From: an uncultured Acetatifactor sp. | GTDB lineage: Bacteria; Bacillota; Clostridia; Lachnospirales; Lachnospiraceae | Assembly (NCBI GenBank): GCA_947625675.1 | Contig: CANQPH010000009.1 | Coordinates: 3,896 to 67,895 of the forward strand | Direction of reading: 5' to 3' | Length of the DNA stretch: 64,000 bases | Shown: positions 18,280 through 28,187 of the stretch, piece by piece | Layout: each line of letters starts with the position of its first letter | Numbering within the stretch: the first letter of the stretch is position 1 | Position numbers and translations under genes: made by a program | The notes under the pieces: model-generated | What the model saw: the letters and a program-made list of their open reading frames with translations, nothing else | The model's database searches: none | Told to the model about the DNA's origin: nothing

Positions 18280-18762
18280 ATGGCAATCCGCAATATTCGG
18301 GAGCTTGGAGACGAGGTTTTGACCAAGAGATGCAAGGAAGTAAAGGAAATGACGCCCAGGACGAGGGAATTGATCGAGGATATGCTGGAGACGATGTATG
18401 AGGCCAACGGCGTGGGGCTGGCGGCCTGTCAGGTGGGCGTTTTGAAGCGCATCGTGGTGATCGATACCACGGGGGAGGATCCCCACATCCTCATCAATCC
18501 CAGGATCGTGGAGACCAGCGGGGAGCAGACGGGTCAGGAAGGGTGCCTGAGCGTGCCGGGGAAGACCGGGGTCGTCACCCGGCCCAATTACGTGAAATGC
18601 GTGGCCCTGGACCCGAATATGAGGCCTTTTGAGCTGGAAGGGACGGAGCTTCTGGCCAGGGCCATCTGTCACGAACTGGATCACCTGGACGGCCACGTCT
18701 ACGTGGAGAAGGTGGAAGGGGAACTGATGGATGCGGTAAACGACGAGGAAGAAGAGGAATAG
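18280..18762 (+). CDS. def: Peptide deformylase
   Basis: GVGLAACQVG, EGCLS, HELDH. Confidence 0.96.
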   Translation: MAIRNIRELGDEVLTKRCKEVKEMTPRTRELIEDMLETMYEANGVGLAACQVGVLKRIVVIDTTGEDPHILINPRIVETSGEQTGQEGCLSVPGKTGVVTRPNYVKCVALDPNMRPFELEGTELLARAICHELDHLDGHVYVEKVEGELMDAVNDEEEEE

Positions 18763-18768
18763 AAAAAT

Positions 18769-19878
18769 ATGAAGATCGTTTTTATGGGAACCCCGGACTT
18801 CGCCAGGGGAGCATTGGAGGCCCTGCTGGGGGCGGGACATGAGATCCTGGCCGTGGTGACGCAGCCGGACAGGGCCAGGGGAAGGAGCGGACGGCTCCAG
18901 CCTTCTCCCGTGAAGGAGTGCGCCCTGGCCGCCGGGATACCGGTTCTGCAGCCCGAGCGGATCAAGCGCCCGGAGGCCGTGGCGGAGTTGAAAAAATATG
19001 AAGCGGATCTCTTCGTGGTGGCGGCTTTCGGCCAGATTCTTTCCCAGGAGATCCTGGATCTGCCAAGGCTTGGCTGTCTGAACATTCACGCTTCCCTTCT
19101 CCCCAAATATCGGGGAGCTTCCCCTATCCAGCATGTGCTTCTCGATGGGGAGGAAAAGACGGGAATCACCGTGATGCAGATGAATGCCGGGCTGGATACG
19201 GGGGATATTATATACCAGAAGGAGATCCCTATTGAGGGAACGGACACTTTCGAGACCCTGCATGACAAGCTGATGGTCCTGGGGGGAGAAGCCATTGTGG
19301 AAGCCCTTCCGCTGCTGGAGGCGGGAAAGCTTGTGCCGGTGCCCCAGCGGGAGGAGGAGAGCTGCTACGCATCCCTGATCTCTAAAGAGATGGGCGAGTT
19401 GGACTTTCAGGCTTTTGGGACGGAGCTGGAGCGAAAGGTTCGGGCCCTGAATCCCTGGCCCGGCGCTTATACCTTTTTCCGGGGAAAGCAGCTGAAGATC
19501 TGGAAGGCGGCCCTGGCGGGCGGCGAAGCGGGGGCTGCGGCGGAAGGAACTGCGGCAAAAGCGGCGGCCGGAGCGGAAACGGAAGGGACTGCGGCGAAAA
19601 CGGCGGCTGGAACGGAAACAGCGGTCGAAGCGGAAACGGAAGGAACTGCGGAGGAAGGAGCTGCGGCGGAAACGACTGCCGCAACGGAGGAGGGGAATCT
19701 GGGAGGAACCTTCCTGCCGGGACAGGTGGAGGCCGTGGACAAGGATTCCCTGACGGTCAGGACCGGTGCCGGGAGTCTCCGCATTCTGGAGCTCCAGCTG
19801 GAAGGGAAAAAGAGGATGAGCGCCCACGATTTCCTTTTGGGAATGAAGGTTGCGCCGGGAGAAAGGTTGGGCAGATAG
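18769..19878 (+). CDS. fmt: Methionyl-tRNA formyltransferase with an Ala/Glu/Thr-rich insert
   Basis: MKIVFMGTPDF, NIHASLLPKYRG, LDTGD, WPGAY. Insert lies between LKIWKAAL and FLPGQV. Confidence 0.95.
   Translation: MKIVFMGTPDFARGALEALLGAGHEILAVVTQPDRARGRSGRLQPSPVKECALAAGIPVLQPERIKRPEAVAELKKYEADLFVVAAFGQILSQEILDLPRLGCLNIHASLLPKYRGASPIQHVLLDGEEKTGITVMQMNAGLDTGDIIYQKEIPIEGTDTFETLHDKLMVLGGEAIVEALPLLEAGKLVPVPQREEESCYASLISKEMGELDFQAFGTELERKVRALNPWPGAYTFFRGKQLKIWKAALAGGEAGAAAEGTAAKAAAGAETEGTAAKTAAGTETAVEAETEGTAEEGAAAETTAATEEGNLGGTFLPGQVEAVDKDSLTVRTGAGSLRILELQLEGKKRMSAHDFLLGMKVAPGERLGR
19541..19652 (+). repeat. In-frame 39-bp tandem repeat inside fmt
   Basis: CGGAAGGAACTGCGGCAAAAGCGGCGG... at 19541, CGGAAGGGACTGCGGCGAAAACGGCGG... 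at 19580, partial copy at 19637. Confidence 0.8.
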
Positions 19879-19879
19879 C

Positions 19880-20602
19880 ATGCTATATTTTTACGGCGGT
19901 TATTATGGAATGTATATGGATCCCACTTATTTGCTGGTGCTGATCGGACTGATGCTTTGCCTGGGGGCCAACGCCCTGGTGAACAGCACCATGGGAAAGT
20001 ACGGGCGGATCCGGAACATGCGGGGCCTGACGGGGGCGGAGGCGGCCCGGCGGATCCTGGACAGCGAGGGCCTTTATCAGGTGTCGGTGGAATGCGTGAG
20101 AGGCAATCAAGGGGATCATTACGATCCCAGGACCAACACGGTGCGGCTTTCCGAAAGCAATTATTCCCAGGCGTCGGTGACCGCAGTGGGCGTGGCGGCC
20201 CATGAGTGCGGCCATGCCATCCAGCATGCGAAGGGGTATGCGCCTCTGAAGATCCGGTCGTCTTTGGTTCCGGTGGTCAATATCGGGAGCAATCTGGGAA
20301 TTCCCCTGATCCTCCTGGGAGTGCTGCTGGGCTGGAACCAGGTCCTGATCCAGATCGGCATCTGGGCCTTTTCCCTGGCGGTGCTGTTCCAGCTGGTCAC
20401 CCTGCCGGTGGAATTCAACGCTTCCTTCAGGGCGGTGGAAAAGGTGCAGCAGTATGGCCTTTTGGGAGCCCAGGAGACGGAAGGGTGCAAAAAAGTGCTC
20501 CGGGCGGCGGCCCTGACCTACGTGGCGGCAGCGGCGTCCTCCATCCTGCAGCTGCTGAGGCTGGTTCTGCTGTTCGGAGGGAACCGGCGGAGCAGGGATT
20601 AG
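19880..20602 (+). CDS. Membrane zinc metallopeptidase (YugP-like)
   Basis: DHYDPR, AAHECGHAIQH, TLPVEFNASFRA, AAALTYVAA. Confidence 0.88.
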   Translation: MLYFYGGYYGMYMDPTYLLVLIGLMLCLGANALVNSTMGKYGRIRNMRGLTGAEAARRILDSEGLYQVSVECVRGNQGDHYDPRTNTVRLSESNYSQASVTAVGVAAHECGHAIQHAKGYAPLKIRSSLVPVVNIGSNLGIPLILLGVLLGWNQVLIQIGIWAFSLAVLFQLVTLPVEFNASFRAVEKVQQYGLLGAQETEGCKKVLRAAALTYVAAAASSILQLLRLVLLFGGNRRSRD

Positions 20603-21939
20603 TGGATACGAGAGAAATCGTCCTGGACGTGCTGCTGGAGCTGGAGCGGGGAAAGGAGTATTCCAATCGCTTGATCCGGTCCGTCCTGGATAAATACGAC
20701 TATCTGCCCAGGCAGGACAAGGCCTTCGTCAAGAGACTGACGGAAGGGGTCCTGGAGAGAGGCCTGGAGCTGGATTATATTCTGAATCTGTTTTCCAAAA
20801 CTCCGGTGGAAAAAATGAAGCCTCTGATCCGCTGTCTTTTGCGGATGGGGGTTTATCAGATTTGTTATATGGACAATGTGCCGGACGCCGCCGCCTGCAA
20901 CGAAGCGGTGAAGCTGGCGGGACGGAAGGGCTTCCGGAATTTGAAGGGATTCGTGAACGGCGTGCTCCGAAGCGTCTCCCGGGAAAAGGGGAGGATCCCC
21001 TATCCGGATCCGGAGAAGGAGCCGGTGCGGTTCCTGTCGGTGAAATATTCCGTGCCGGAATTCCTGGCGGGCCTGTGGCTGGAGGAATACGGCCGGGAAG
21101 AGACGGAAAGTCTGCTCGCCGCCCTCCTGGGAGTGCGGCCCGTGTCCATCCGATTCCGCACTTCCCTGGGAGAAGAGGAGCGGAAGGCCTATTTGGCCCG
21201 GATGGAAGAGCAGGGCGTGAAAGCCGTTCCTTCCCCTTATCTGGACTGTGCCTGGGAGCTGACGGGCCTGGAGGGCGTGCAGTCTCTGCCCGGTTTTCGG
21301 GAAGGGGCTTTTACGGTGCAGGACGTGAGCTCCATGCTGGCGGTGGAGGCGGCCGGGATCGGCCCGGAGGATTTCGTCCTGGATGTCTGCGCAGCTCCCG
21401 GGGGGAAAAGCCTGTTCGCTGCCGAGAAGGCGGCGAGGGTGCTGGCCCGGGACGTGAGCGCCCCGAAGCTGGAGCTGCTCCGGGAAAACATCGCCAGGAT
21501 GGGGGCGGAAAATATTTCCCTCCAGGAATGGGATGCCACCGGGACGGACGAGACCATGCTGGAGACGGCGGACGTGGTGCTGTTGGACGTGCCCTGTTCC
21601 GGCCTGGGAGTCCTGGGGAAAAAGCGGGACATCAAATATCATGTGACGGAGGAGAGCTTTCGCAAGCTGGAGGAGCTGCAGAAGCAGATCGTCGAACACA
21701 GCTGGCGCTATGTGAAGCCCGGAGGAATCCTGCTGTACAGCACCTGTACCATTCGTTGGGAAGAAAACGAAGAAATGTGCCGGTTTCTTTGTGAACATTA
21801 TCCCTTTGACCTGGAAAGCATGGAGCCTTTCCTGCCGGAGCCTTTGGCGGAAAGAGGCCTGGCCGGTTACCTGCAGCTTTTGCCGGGGAAGGACGCCTGC
21901 GACGGATTCTTTTTTGCCAGACTGCGCAGAAGGGCCTGA
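20602..21939 (+). CDS. rsmB: 16S rRNA m5C967 methyltransferase RsmB (Sun)
   Basis: NusB-like N-terminus, VQDVSS, DVCAAPGGKS, DVPCSGLG, YSTCT. GTG start overlaps the upstream stop. Confidence 0.93.
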   Translation: MDTREIVLDVLLELERGKEYSNRLIRSVLDKYDYLPRQDKAFVKRLTEGVLERGLELDYILNLFSKTPVEKMKPLIRCLLRMGVYQICYMDNVPDAAACNEAVKLAGRKGFRNLKGFVNGVLRSVSREKGRIPYPDPEKEPVRFLSVKYSVPEFLAGLWLEEYGREETESLLAALLGVRPVSIRFRTSLGEEERKAYLARMEEQGVKAVPSPYLDCAWELTGLEGVQSLPGFREGAFTVQDVSSMLAVEAAGIGPEDFVLDVCAAPGGKSLFAAEKAARVLARDVSAPKLELLRENIARMGAENISLQEWDATGTDETMLETADVVLLDVPCSGLGVLGKKRDIKYHVTEESFRKLEELQKQIVEHSWRYVKPGGILLYSTCTIRWEENEEMCRFLCEHYPFDLESMEPFLPEPLAERGLAGYLQLLPGKDACDGFFFARLRRRA

Positions 21940-23069
21940 TGAGCGGACCGTGGGAAAAAAGGAGAAGACTCAGCATCATGGATGAGAGGAAAGACAGAAT
22001 CGAAAAAGAAGGCCCAAAGGGAGAACGGGGTTTGGACATCAAAAGTCTGACGCTTCAGGAACTGAAGGAAGAGATGGTGTCCCGGGGAGAGAAAGCCTTC
22101 CGGGCAAAGCAGATGTACGAGTGGATGCATGGAAAGCTGGCCCGGAGCTTTGCGGAGATGACCAATCTCTCGGAGGATTTGCGGAAAAAGTGCGGGGAAT
22201 GGTATGAATACACCTGCCTGGAGCCCGTCCGCATCCAGGAATCCCGAATCGACGGAACGAAAAAATTTTTGTTCGCCCTGGGGGACGGAAACCTGGTGGA
22301 GAGCGTGTGGATGAAATATAAGCACGGTAATTCCGTGTGCATTTCCTCCCAGGTGGGGTGCCGCATGGGCTGCCGGTTCTGCGCTTCCGCCCTGGACGGC
22401 CTGGAGAGGAATCTGACTCCTTCCGAGATGCTGGACCAGGTCTATGCCATTACCCTCCTGACGGGGGAGCGGGTTTCCAACGTGGTGGTCATGGGAATGG
22501 GGGAGCCTTTGGACAATTATGAGAATCTCCTTCGGTTCCTGAAGCTTTTGACGGATGAAAACGGTCTTCACATCAGCCAGCGAAACGTGACGGTCTCCAC
22601 CTGCGGGCTGGTGCCCGAGATGAGGCGGCTGGCGGAGGAAGGGCTTCAGATCACGCTGGCCCTGTCCCTTCATGGGGCCACGGATGAAAAGCGCCGGAGC
22701 CTCATGCCCATCGCAAAGCGCTATTCCATTCGGGAGCTGATGGAGGCCTGCACTTATTATTTTGAACGGACGGGGAGAAGGATCACCCTGGAATACAGTT
22801 TGGTGGGCGGCGTCAACGACACTCCCGAGGATGCCCGGCTCCTAGGCGAACTGGCCGGAAAAGGGCGTTTTCATGTGAATCTGATCCCGGTCAATCCCGT
22901 CAAGGAGCGGAATTATGTGCAGTCCGGAAACGAAAAAATCCTTGCATTTAAAAATAAACTTGAAAAAAATCAGATTCATGTTACCATAAGAAGAGAGATG
23001 GGAAGGGACATTGACGGCGCCTGCGGCCAGCTGCGGCGACGTTACTCGGAAGGAGGGCGACATGCTTAA
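21939..23069 (+). CDS. rlmN: Dual-specificity RNA methyltransferase RlmN
   Basis: CISSQVGCRMGCRFC, MGMGEP, DGACGQL. Start could alternatively be the ATG at 21978. Confidence 0.94.
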   Translation: MSGPWEKRRRLSIMDERKDRIEKEGPKGERGLDIKSLTLQELKEEMVSRGEKAFRAKQMYEWMHGKLARSFAEMTNLSEDLRKKCGEWYEYTCLEPVRIQESRIDGTKKFLFALGDGNLVESVWMKYKHGNSVCISSQVGCRMGCRFCASALDGLERNLTPSEMLDQVYAITLLTGERVSNVVVMGMGEPLDNYENLLRFLKLLTDENGLHISQRNVTVSTCGLVPEMRRLAEEGLQITLALSLHGATDEKRRSLMPIAKRYSIRELMEACTYYFERTGRRITLEYSLVGGVNDTPEDARLLGELAGKGRFHVNLIPVNPVKERNYVQSGNEKILAFKNKLEKNQIHVTIRREMGRDIDGACGQLRRRYSEGGRHA

Positions 23070-23784
23070 GTCATTTTCCATTACGGATATCGGAAGAAAA
23101 CGAAAACTGAATCAGGATTATGTTTACACTTCTGAACAGCCCGTAGGGAAGCTGCCGAACTTGTTTCTCGTGGCGGACGGCATGGGAGGGCACAATGCGG
23201 GAGACATCGCTTCCCGGTGTGCGGTGGAGACCATTGTGCAGACGGTGTCCCAGAGCTCGGAGGGGGATCCAATCATCGTATTGCGGAAAGCCATAGAGGC
23301 CGCCAATGAAAGGGTTCGTACCAAGGCGGGGGAGGAAGAGTGCCTCTTTGGCATGGGGACCACGGTGGTGGCTGCCACCTATAGGGACGGCGTCCTGACC
23401 GTGGCCAACGTGGGGGACAGCCGGTTGTACGTGGCCGACGGGGAGCTTCGGCAGATCACGAAAGACCATTCCCTGGTAGAGGAAATGGTACAGTTAGGCG
23501 GTCTGGATCGGGCCGCAGCCAGAAATCACCCCAACAAAAACATCATCACCCGGGCGGTGGGAGCCGGAGATGCCATAGAAGCGGATTTTTTCACGGTGAA
23601 GCTGTCGGAAGGGGATCTCGTGCTGATGTGCACGGACGGCCTGACCAATATGTTGGAGGATGAACAGATTTACTCCATTCTGAAGGGGCAGAAGGTATTG
23701 TGCGACAAGGTTTCGGAATTGGTGAAAGCTGCGAATGACAACGGCGGCAGAGACAACATTGCGGTCGTACTGATTGAGTTGTAA
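23062..23784 (+). CDS. stp: PP2C-family Ser/Thr phosphatase (Stp1/PrpC)
   Basis: NQD, VADGMGGH, GMGTT, NVGDSR, CTDGL, GGRDN. Confidence 0.92.
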   Translation: MLKSFSITDIGRKRKLNQDYVYTSEQPVGKLPNLFLVADGMGGHNAGDIASRCAVETIVQTVSQSSEGDPIIVLRKAIEAANERVRTKAGEEECLFGMGTTVVAATYRDGVLTVANVGDSRLYVADGELRQITKDHSLVEEMVQLGGLDRAAARNHPNKNIITRAVGAGDAIEADFFTVKLSEGDLVLMCTDGLTNMLEDEQIYSILKGQKVLCDKVSELVKAANDNGGRDNIAVVLIEL

Positions 23785-23840
23785 TTCCGCCCGGGAACGG
23801 CGGCGGACGGAGGATCGGTTTTAGCAATAGAATGGAGAAA

Positions 23841-23941
23841 AGATTGAAAATTAAAATTTTCAATCTTGGGATTTGTGCTGTCGCACAAAGTCCCCTTGAG
23901 TCAAATGCCGCCTGATCGGCGGCAGAATGAGAGGAAGTATG
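23841..23941 (+). repeat. Dispersed three-hairpin intergenic element, copy B (upstream of pknB)
   Basis: 74 of 81 nt identical to copy A from CAATCT to the ATG; 5' hairpin AGATTGAAAAT/ATTTTCAATCT. Confidence 0.88.
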
Positions 23942-25858
23942 ATTAAGATAGGAATGATGATCGGAGACCGTTACGAAATACTGGAAAAAATTGGGAACGG
24001 CGGCATGTCTGACGTCTATAAGGCCAAATGCCATAAGCTGAACCGTTATGTGGCGATCAAGATATTGAAGCAGGAGTTCAACGAGAACGCCAATTTCGTG
24101 TCCAAATTTCGCACGGAGGCTCAGGCCGCTGCGGGCCTGATGCACCCCAATATCGTGAACGTGTATGACGTGGGCGAGGAAAACGGCATCTACTATATCG
24201 TCATGGAGATGGTGGACGGCATCACTCTGAAAAAATATATTGAAAAGAAGGCCAGGTTGTCTTACAAGGAGGCGGTGAGCATCGCCATCCAGGTGAGCAT
24301 GGGCATCGAGGCCGCCCACAAGAACCACATCATCCACAGGGACATCAAGCCCCAGAACATCATGATATCCAGGGATGGAAAGGTGAAGGTGACGGATTTC
24401 GGCATCGCCAAGGCCGCCACCAGCAACACCATCACCTCCAACGTGATGGGATCCGTGCATTATACTTCCCCGGAGCAGGCCAGGGGCGGCTACAGCGATG
24501 AAAAGAGCGATATTTATTCCTTGGGCATCACCCTGTTCGAGATGCTGACCGGCCGGGTTCCCTTTAACGGGGAGACCACGGTGGCCATCGCCATCAAACA
24601 TATCCAGGAACCTCTTCCCCTGCCTTCGGACTTCGTGCCGGAGATCCCGTACAGCGTGGAGCAGATCGTCCTGAAATGCTGTGAGAAATCGCCGGACCGC
24701 AGGTACCAGAGCATGGGAGAGCTGATTGCGGATCTGAAGCAGTCTCTGATCGATCCGGACGGGGATTTCGTGACGGGGGTAGAGGACGGAGTCCAGAATC
24801 CCACCAGGACCCTGTCCGACCTGGATGTGGTGCAGATTAAGAACAAGACCAGAGGAACGGTAAAACGGGAGCAAGAGGACTTGATGCGCCTTCAGCGGCA
24901 GGAGGAAGAGCCCAGGCAGGAAAAGAACAAGAAGCCCAAAGCCCGGAAGGACGAGGATGAGTATGATTATGATCCCGGCATGGACAGGCTGGCCACGGTG
25001 CTGGCGGTGCTGGGAGGAATCGTGGTCTGCGGCGTCGTGATCTTCCTTTTGCTGCAGGTTTTCGACGTGTTCAGCAATGATACGCTGAGGAATCCGGGAG
25101 AGGTCATCGAACAGGCGGGCTCTTCGGAACCGGAACTTTCCAGGCCGTCGCCCCAGGAAACGGAGTCTTCACAGGAGGAAAGCCAGGGCAACGAAGACCT
25201 GGTGGAAATGTATGATTTGAACGACTGGTACGTGGCGGACGCCAGGACCTGGCTTCTTCAGCATAATCTCTTTTGGGAAATGGAATCGGAAGAAAACGAG
25301 GAAGTGGAAAAGGACCACGTGATTTGGATGGGCCAATGGAGAGGGGACAATCTGGTGGTGATTGAAGGAGGAATGGAGGTGGAGAAGGGCAGCACCATCG
25401 TGCTGACCGTGAGCACCGGACCTTCGGCCACCCCGGCTCCGGAAACGGCGGGCAAAACCTATGACAGCGCATACGCCACTTTGACTGCGGCGGGCTTTGT
25501 CGTGCAGCGTCTGGAAGATTTCAGCGAAACTGTGGCGGATGGGCTGGTCATTTCCCAGAGTCCCGTGGCGGGAACTCCCCTGGAGGAGGGCGCCACGGTG
25601 TCGGTGACCGTAAGCGTGGGCCCTCAGAACGGCAGGGTCAGGGTCCCGAAACTGTTGGGACTGACCTTGGATGAGGTTTATACCGTATTGTGGCAAAACG
25701 GACTCACGCTGCGGCTTCATGAAGAGATGTACAATTCCAATTATCCTGCGGGACAGGTGTGTTATCAGAATTTTTCGGAGGGTTCCTATATCGATCCCAC
25801 GCAGAATCAGATGACGGTGAGCATCAGCCTGGGCCCGGCGCCGGAACCGGCGCAGTGA
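23939..25858 (+). CDS. pknB: Ser/Thr kinase with PASTA domains (PknB/PrkC)
   Basis: GNGGMSDV, VAIK, HRDIKPQN, DFGIA, YTSPE; one TM helix; about three PASTA-like repeats. Confidence 0.93.
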   Translation: MIKIGMMIGDRYEILEKIGNGGMSDVYKAKCHKLNRYVAIKILKQEFNENANFVSKFRTEAQAAAGLMHPNIVNVYDVGEENGIYYIVMEMVDGITLKKYIEKKARLSYKEAVSIAIQVSMGIEAAHKNHIIHRDIKPQNIMISRDGKVKVTDFGIAKAATSNTITSNVMGSVHYTSPEQARGGYSDEKSDIYSLGITLFEMLTGRVPFNGETTVAIAIKHIQEPLPLPSDFVPEIPYSVEQIVLKCCEKSPDRRYQSMGELIADLKQSLIDPDGDFVTGVEDGVQNPTRTLSDLDVVQIKNKTRGTVKREQEDLMRLQRQEEEPRQEKNKKPKARKDEDEYDYDPGMDRLATVLAVLGGIVVCGVVIFLLLQVFDVFSNDTLRNPGEVIEQAGSSEPELSRPSPQETESSQEESQGNEDLVEMYDLNDWYVADARTWLLQHNLFWEMESEENEEVEKDHVIWMGQWRGDNLVVIEGGMEVEKGSTIVLTVSTGPSATPAPETAGKTYDSAYATLTAAGFVVQRLEDFSETVADGLVISQSPVAGTPLEEGATVSVTVSVGPQNGRVRVPKLLGLTLDEVYTVLWQNGLTLRLHEEMYNSNYPAGQVCYQNFSEGSYIDPTQNQMTVSISLGPAPEPAQ

Positions 25859-25874
25859 GCCATGGGAGGGAATA

Positions 25875-26019
25875 GTATGAAAAATAAGCTCGATAGCTTA
25901 TTTTTCATACGGCGATTTGTGCCGGAGTGTCACAAATCGCCCTGATGGCAGATTAGAAATCGCATTCGCAATTTCTAATCGCCCCGTCGCATAAACGCTC
26001 CGGAATGAGGATTAAAATG
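25875..26019 (+). repeat. Related multi-hairpin element upstream of rsgA
   Basis: Perfect 16-bp stem 25875-25910, GGCGATTTGTG/CACAAATCGCC, GATTAGAAAT/ATTTCTAATC, tail GAATGAGGATTAAAATG. Confidence 0.6.
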
Positions 26020-26892
26020 CAGGGTAAGATTGTGAAGGGAATCGCCGGTTTCTACTATGTCCATGTCCCGGGACGGGGTGTGTATGAATGCAAGGCCCGG
26101 GGAATTTTCCGCAAGGAGAACCAGAAACCCCTGGTGGGAGACGACGTATGTCTGGAAGAGCTTCCGGAAGCCGGGAAAGGGAACATTACGGAGATTTTGG
26201 AGCGCAGAAGCGAGCTTCTGCGCCCTTCGGTGGCCAACGTGGATCAGGCCATGGTTATCTTTGCCATAGAAAAGCCCCAGCCCAATTTTAATTTGTTGGA
26301 TCGCTTTCTCGTCATGATGGGGCAGCAGAATTTGCCCTGCATCATCTGCTTTAATAAACTGGATCTCGATGAAAGGCGACAGGGAGAGGAATATTGCCGA
26401 ATCTATGAACGGTGCGGATACCGCTCCCTGGCGGTCAGCGCCAAAACGGGGCAGGGGCTGGAAGAGGTAAGGGCCCTGCTGACGGGGCACACTTCCACGG
26501 TGGCTGGGCCCAGCGGCGTGGGAAAATCCTCCCTCATCAACGGCCTGCAGACGGAAGTAGTCATGGAGACCGGGGAGATCAGCCGCAAAATAGAGCGGGG
26601 CCGTCATACCACCAGACATTCGGAACTCATTGCCCTGGGAAAGGATTCCTACATATTGGATACGCCGGGCTTCAGCTCTCTGGGGCTGTTTGACCTGGAA
26701 AAGGAGCAGCTGGCTTCTTTTTACCCGGAATTCGGCGCATATGAGGATCAGTGCCGCTTCGCCGGTTGTTCCCATGTGGCGGAGCCGGATTGCGGCGTGA
26801 AGCGGGCCCTGGCGGAAGGAAAACTGTCCCCCATCCGGTATGAGAACTATTGCCTGCTGTATGAAGAATTGAAAAATCGCAGGAAATATTGA
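26017..26892 (+). CDS. rsgA: Ribosome small subunit-dependent GTPase A
   Basis: NKLD, GPSGVGKSS, GRHTT, DTPG, and the C-terminal CRFAGCSHVAEPDC Zn site. Confidence 0.95.
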   Translation: MQGKIVKGIAGFYYVHVPGRGVYECKARGIFRKENQKPLVGDDVCLEELPEAGKGNITEILERRSELLRPSVANVDQAMVIFAIEKPQPNFNLLDRFLVMMGQQNLPCIICFNKLDLDERRQGEEYCRIYERCGYRSLAVSAKTGQGLEEVRALLTGHTSTVAGPSGVGKSSLINGLQTEVVMETGEISRKIERGRHTTRHSELIALGKDSYILDTPGFSSLGLFDLEKEQLASFYPEFGAYEDQCRFAGCSHVAEPDCGVKRALAEGKLSPIRYENYCLLYEELKNRRKY

Positions 26893-26973
26893 AGAGACAT
26901 AGAAAAAGATTTTGAAAAGACGTTGAAAAAAGATATTAAAAAGACATTGAAGAAAACATAGAAGGAGAAGATT

Positions 26974-28071
26974 ATGAAATTAGGCATCGTGGGCCTTCCC
27001 AACGTGGGGAAGAGCACCCTGTTCAACTCTTTGACGAAGGCGGGGGCGGAATCCGCCAATTATCCTTTTTGCACCATTGATCCCAACATCGGGATCGTGG
27101 CCGTGCCGGACGAGCGGTTAAAGCTCCTGGGGGACATGTATCATTCCAAAAAGGTGACGCCGGCCGTGATCGAGTTCGTGGACATCGCCGGGCTGGTCAA
27201 GGGAGCCTCCAAAGGGGAGGGGCTGGGCAACCAGTTTTTGAGCAACATCCGGGAGGTGGACGCCATCGTCCACGTGGTGCGGTGCTTCGAGGACTCCAAC
27301 GTGATCCATGTGGACGGGAGCGTGAATCCCATGCGGGACATCGAGACCATCAACCTGGAACTGATCTTTTCCGATCTGGAGATTTTGGAGAGACGGATTT
27401 CCCGGGTGTCCAAGGGTGCCCGGATGGATAAGGCCCTGGGCAAGGAGCTGGCGCTGCTGGAACGCATCAAAGAGCATCTGGAAAGCGGCAGGATGGCCAA
27501 GAGTCTTGTGGTGGAAGAGGAAGAAGAGCTGGCCCTGTTCCAGTCCTACAACCTTTTGACCGCCAAACCGGTGATCTATGCCGCCAACGTGTCGGAAGAG
27601 GATCTGGCGGACGATGGGGCGGGCAATCCCGGTGTGTGTGCGGTAAAGAAGTTTGCCGCCGAGGAAAACAGCGAAGTGTTCGTGATCTGCGCCCAGATCG
27701 AGCAGGAGATCGCAGAGCTGGAAGAGGACGAAAAGGCCATGTTCCTGGAGGATCTGGGCCTGAAGGAATCCGGTCTGGAGAAATTGATCAAGGCCAGCTA
27801 CCGTCTGCTCGGGTTGATGAGCTTCCTGACGGCTGGAGAGGACGAGACCAGGGCCTGGACCATCCGCATCGGGACAAAAGCGCCCCAGGCGGCGGGCAAG
27901 ATCCACTCTGATTTCGAGAGGGGCTTTATCAAGGCCGAAGTGGTCAATTACAAGGATCTTCTGAAGTACGGATCCCTGTCGGCGGCCAAGGAGAAGGGCG
28001 TGGTCGGAATAGAGGGCAAGGATTACGTGGTGAAGGACGGGGACGTGATCTTGTTCCGGTTCAATGTATGA
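26974..28071 (+). CDS. ychF: Redox-regulated ATPase YchF
   Basis: GIVGLPNVGKST, NYPFCTI, DIAGLVKGAS, KDGDVILFRFNV. Confidence 0.97.
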   Translation: MKLGIVGLPNVGKSTLFNSLTKAGAESANYPFCTIDPNIGIVAVPDERLKLLGDMYHSKKVTPAVIEFVDIAGLVKGASKGEGLGNQFLSNIREVDAIVHVVRCFEDSNVIHVDGSVNPMRDIETINLELIFSDLEILERRISRVSKGARMDKALGKELALLERIKEHLESGRMAKSLVVEEEEELALFQSYNLLTAKPVIYAANVSEEDLADDGAGNPGVCAVKKFAAEENSEVFVICAQIEQEIAELEEDEKAMFLEDLGLKESGLEKLIKASYRLLGLMSFLTAGEDETRAWTIRIGTKAPQAAGKIHSDFERGFIKAEVVNYKDLLKYGSLSAAKEKGVVGIEGKDYVVKDGDVILFRFNV

Positions 28072-28187
28072 CCTTCTTTGGAAACCGCTGCGCCAGCGGG
28101 CTACAGGGGGGCGCTATGCCGGACGGTTCCGAGGTGCAGGAACCATGCCATTGCCATATTTATGATTTTGGAGAGAGCGGGTAAGAA

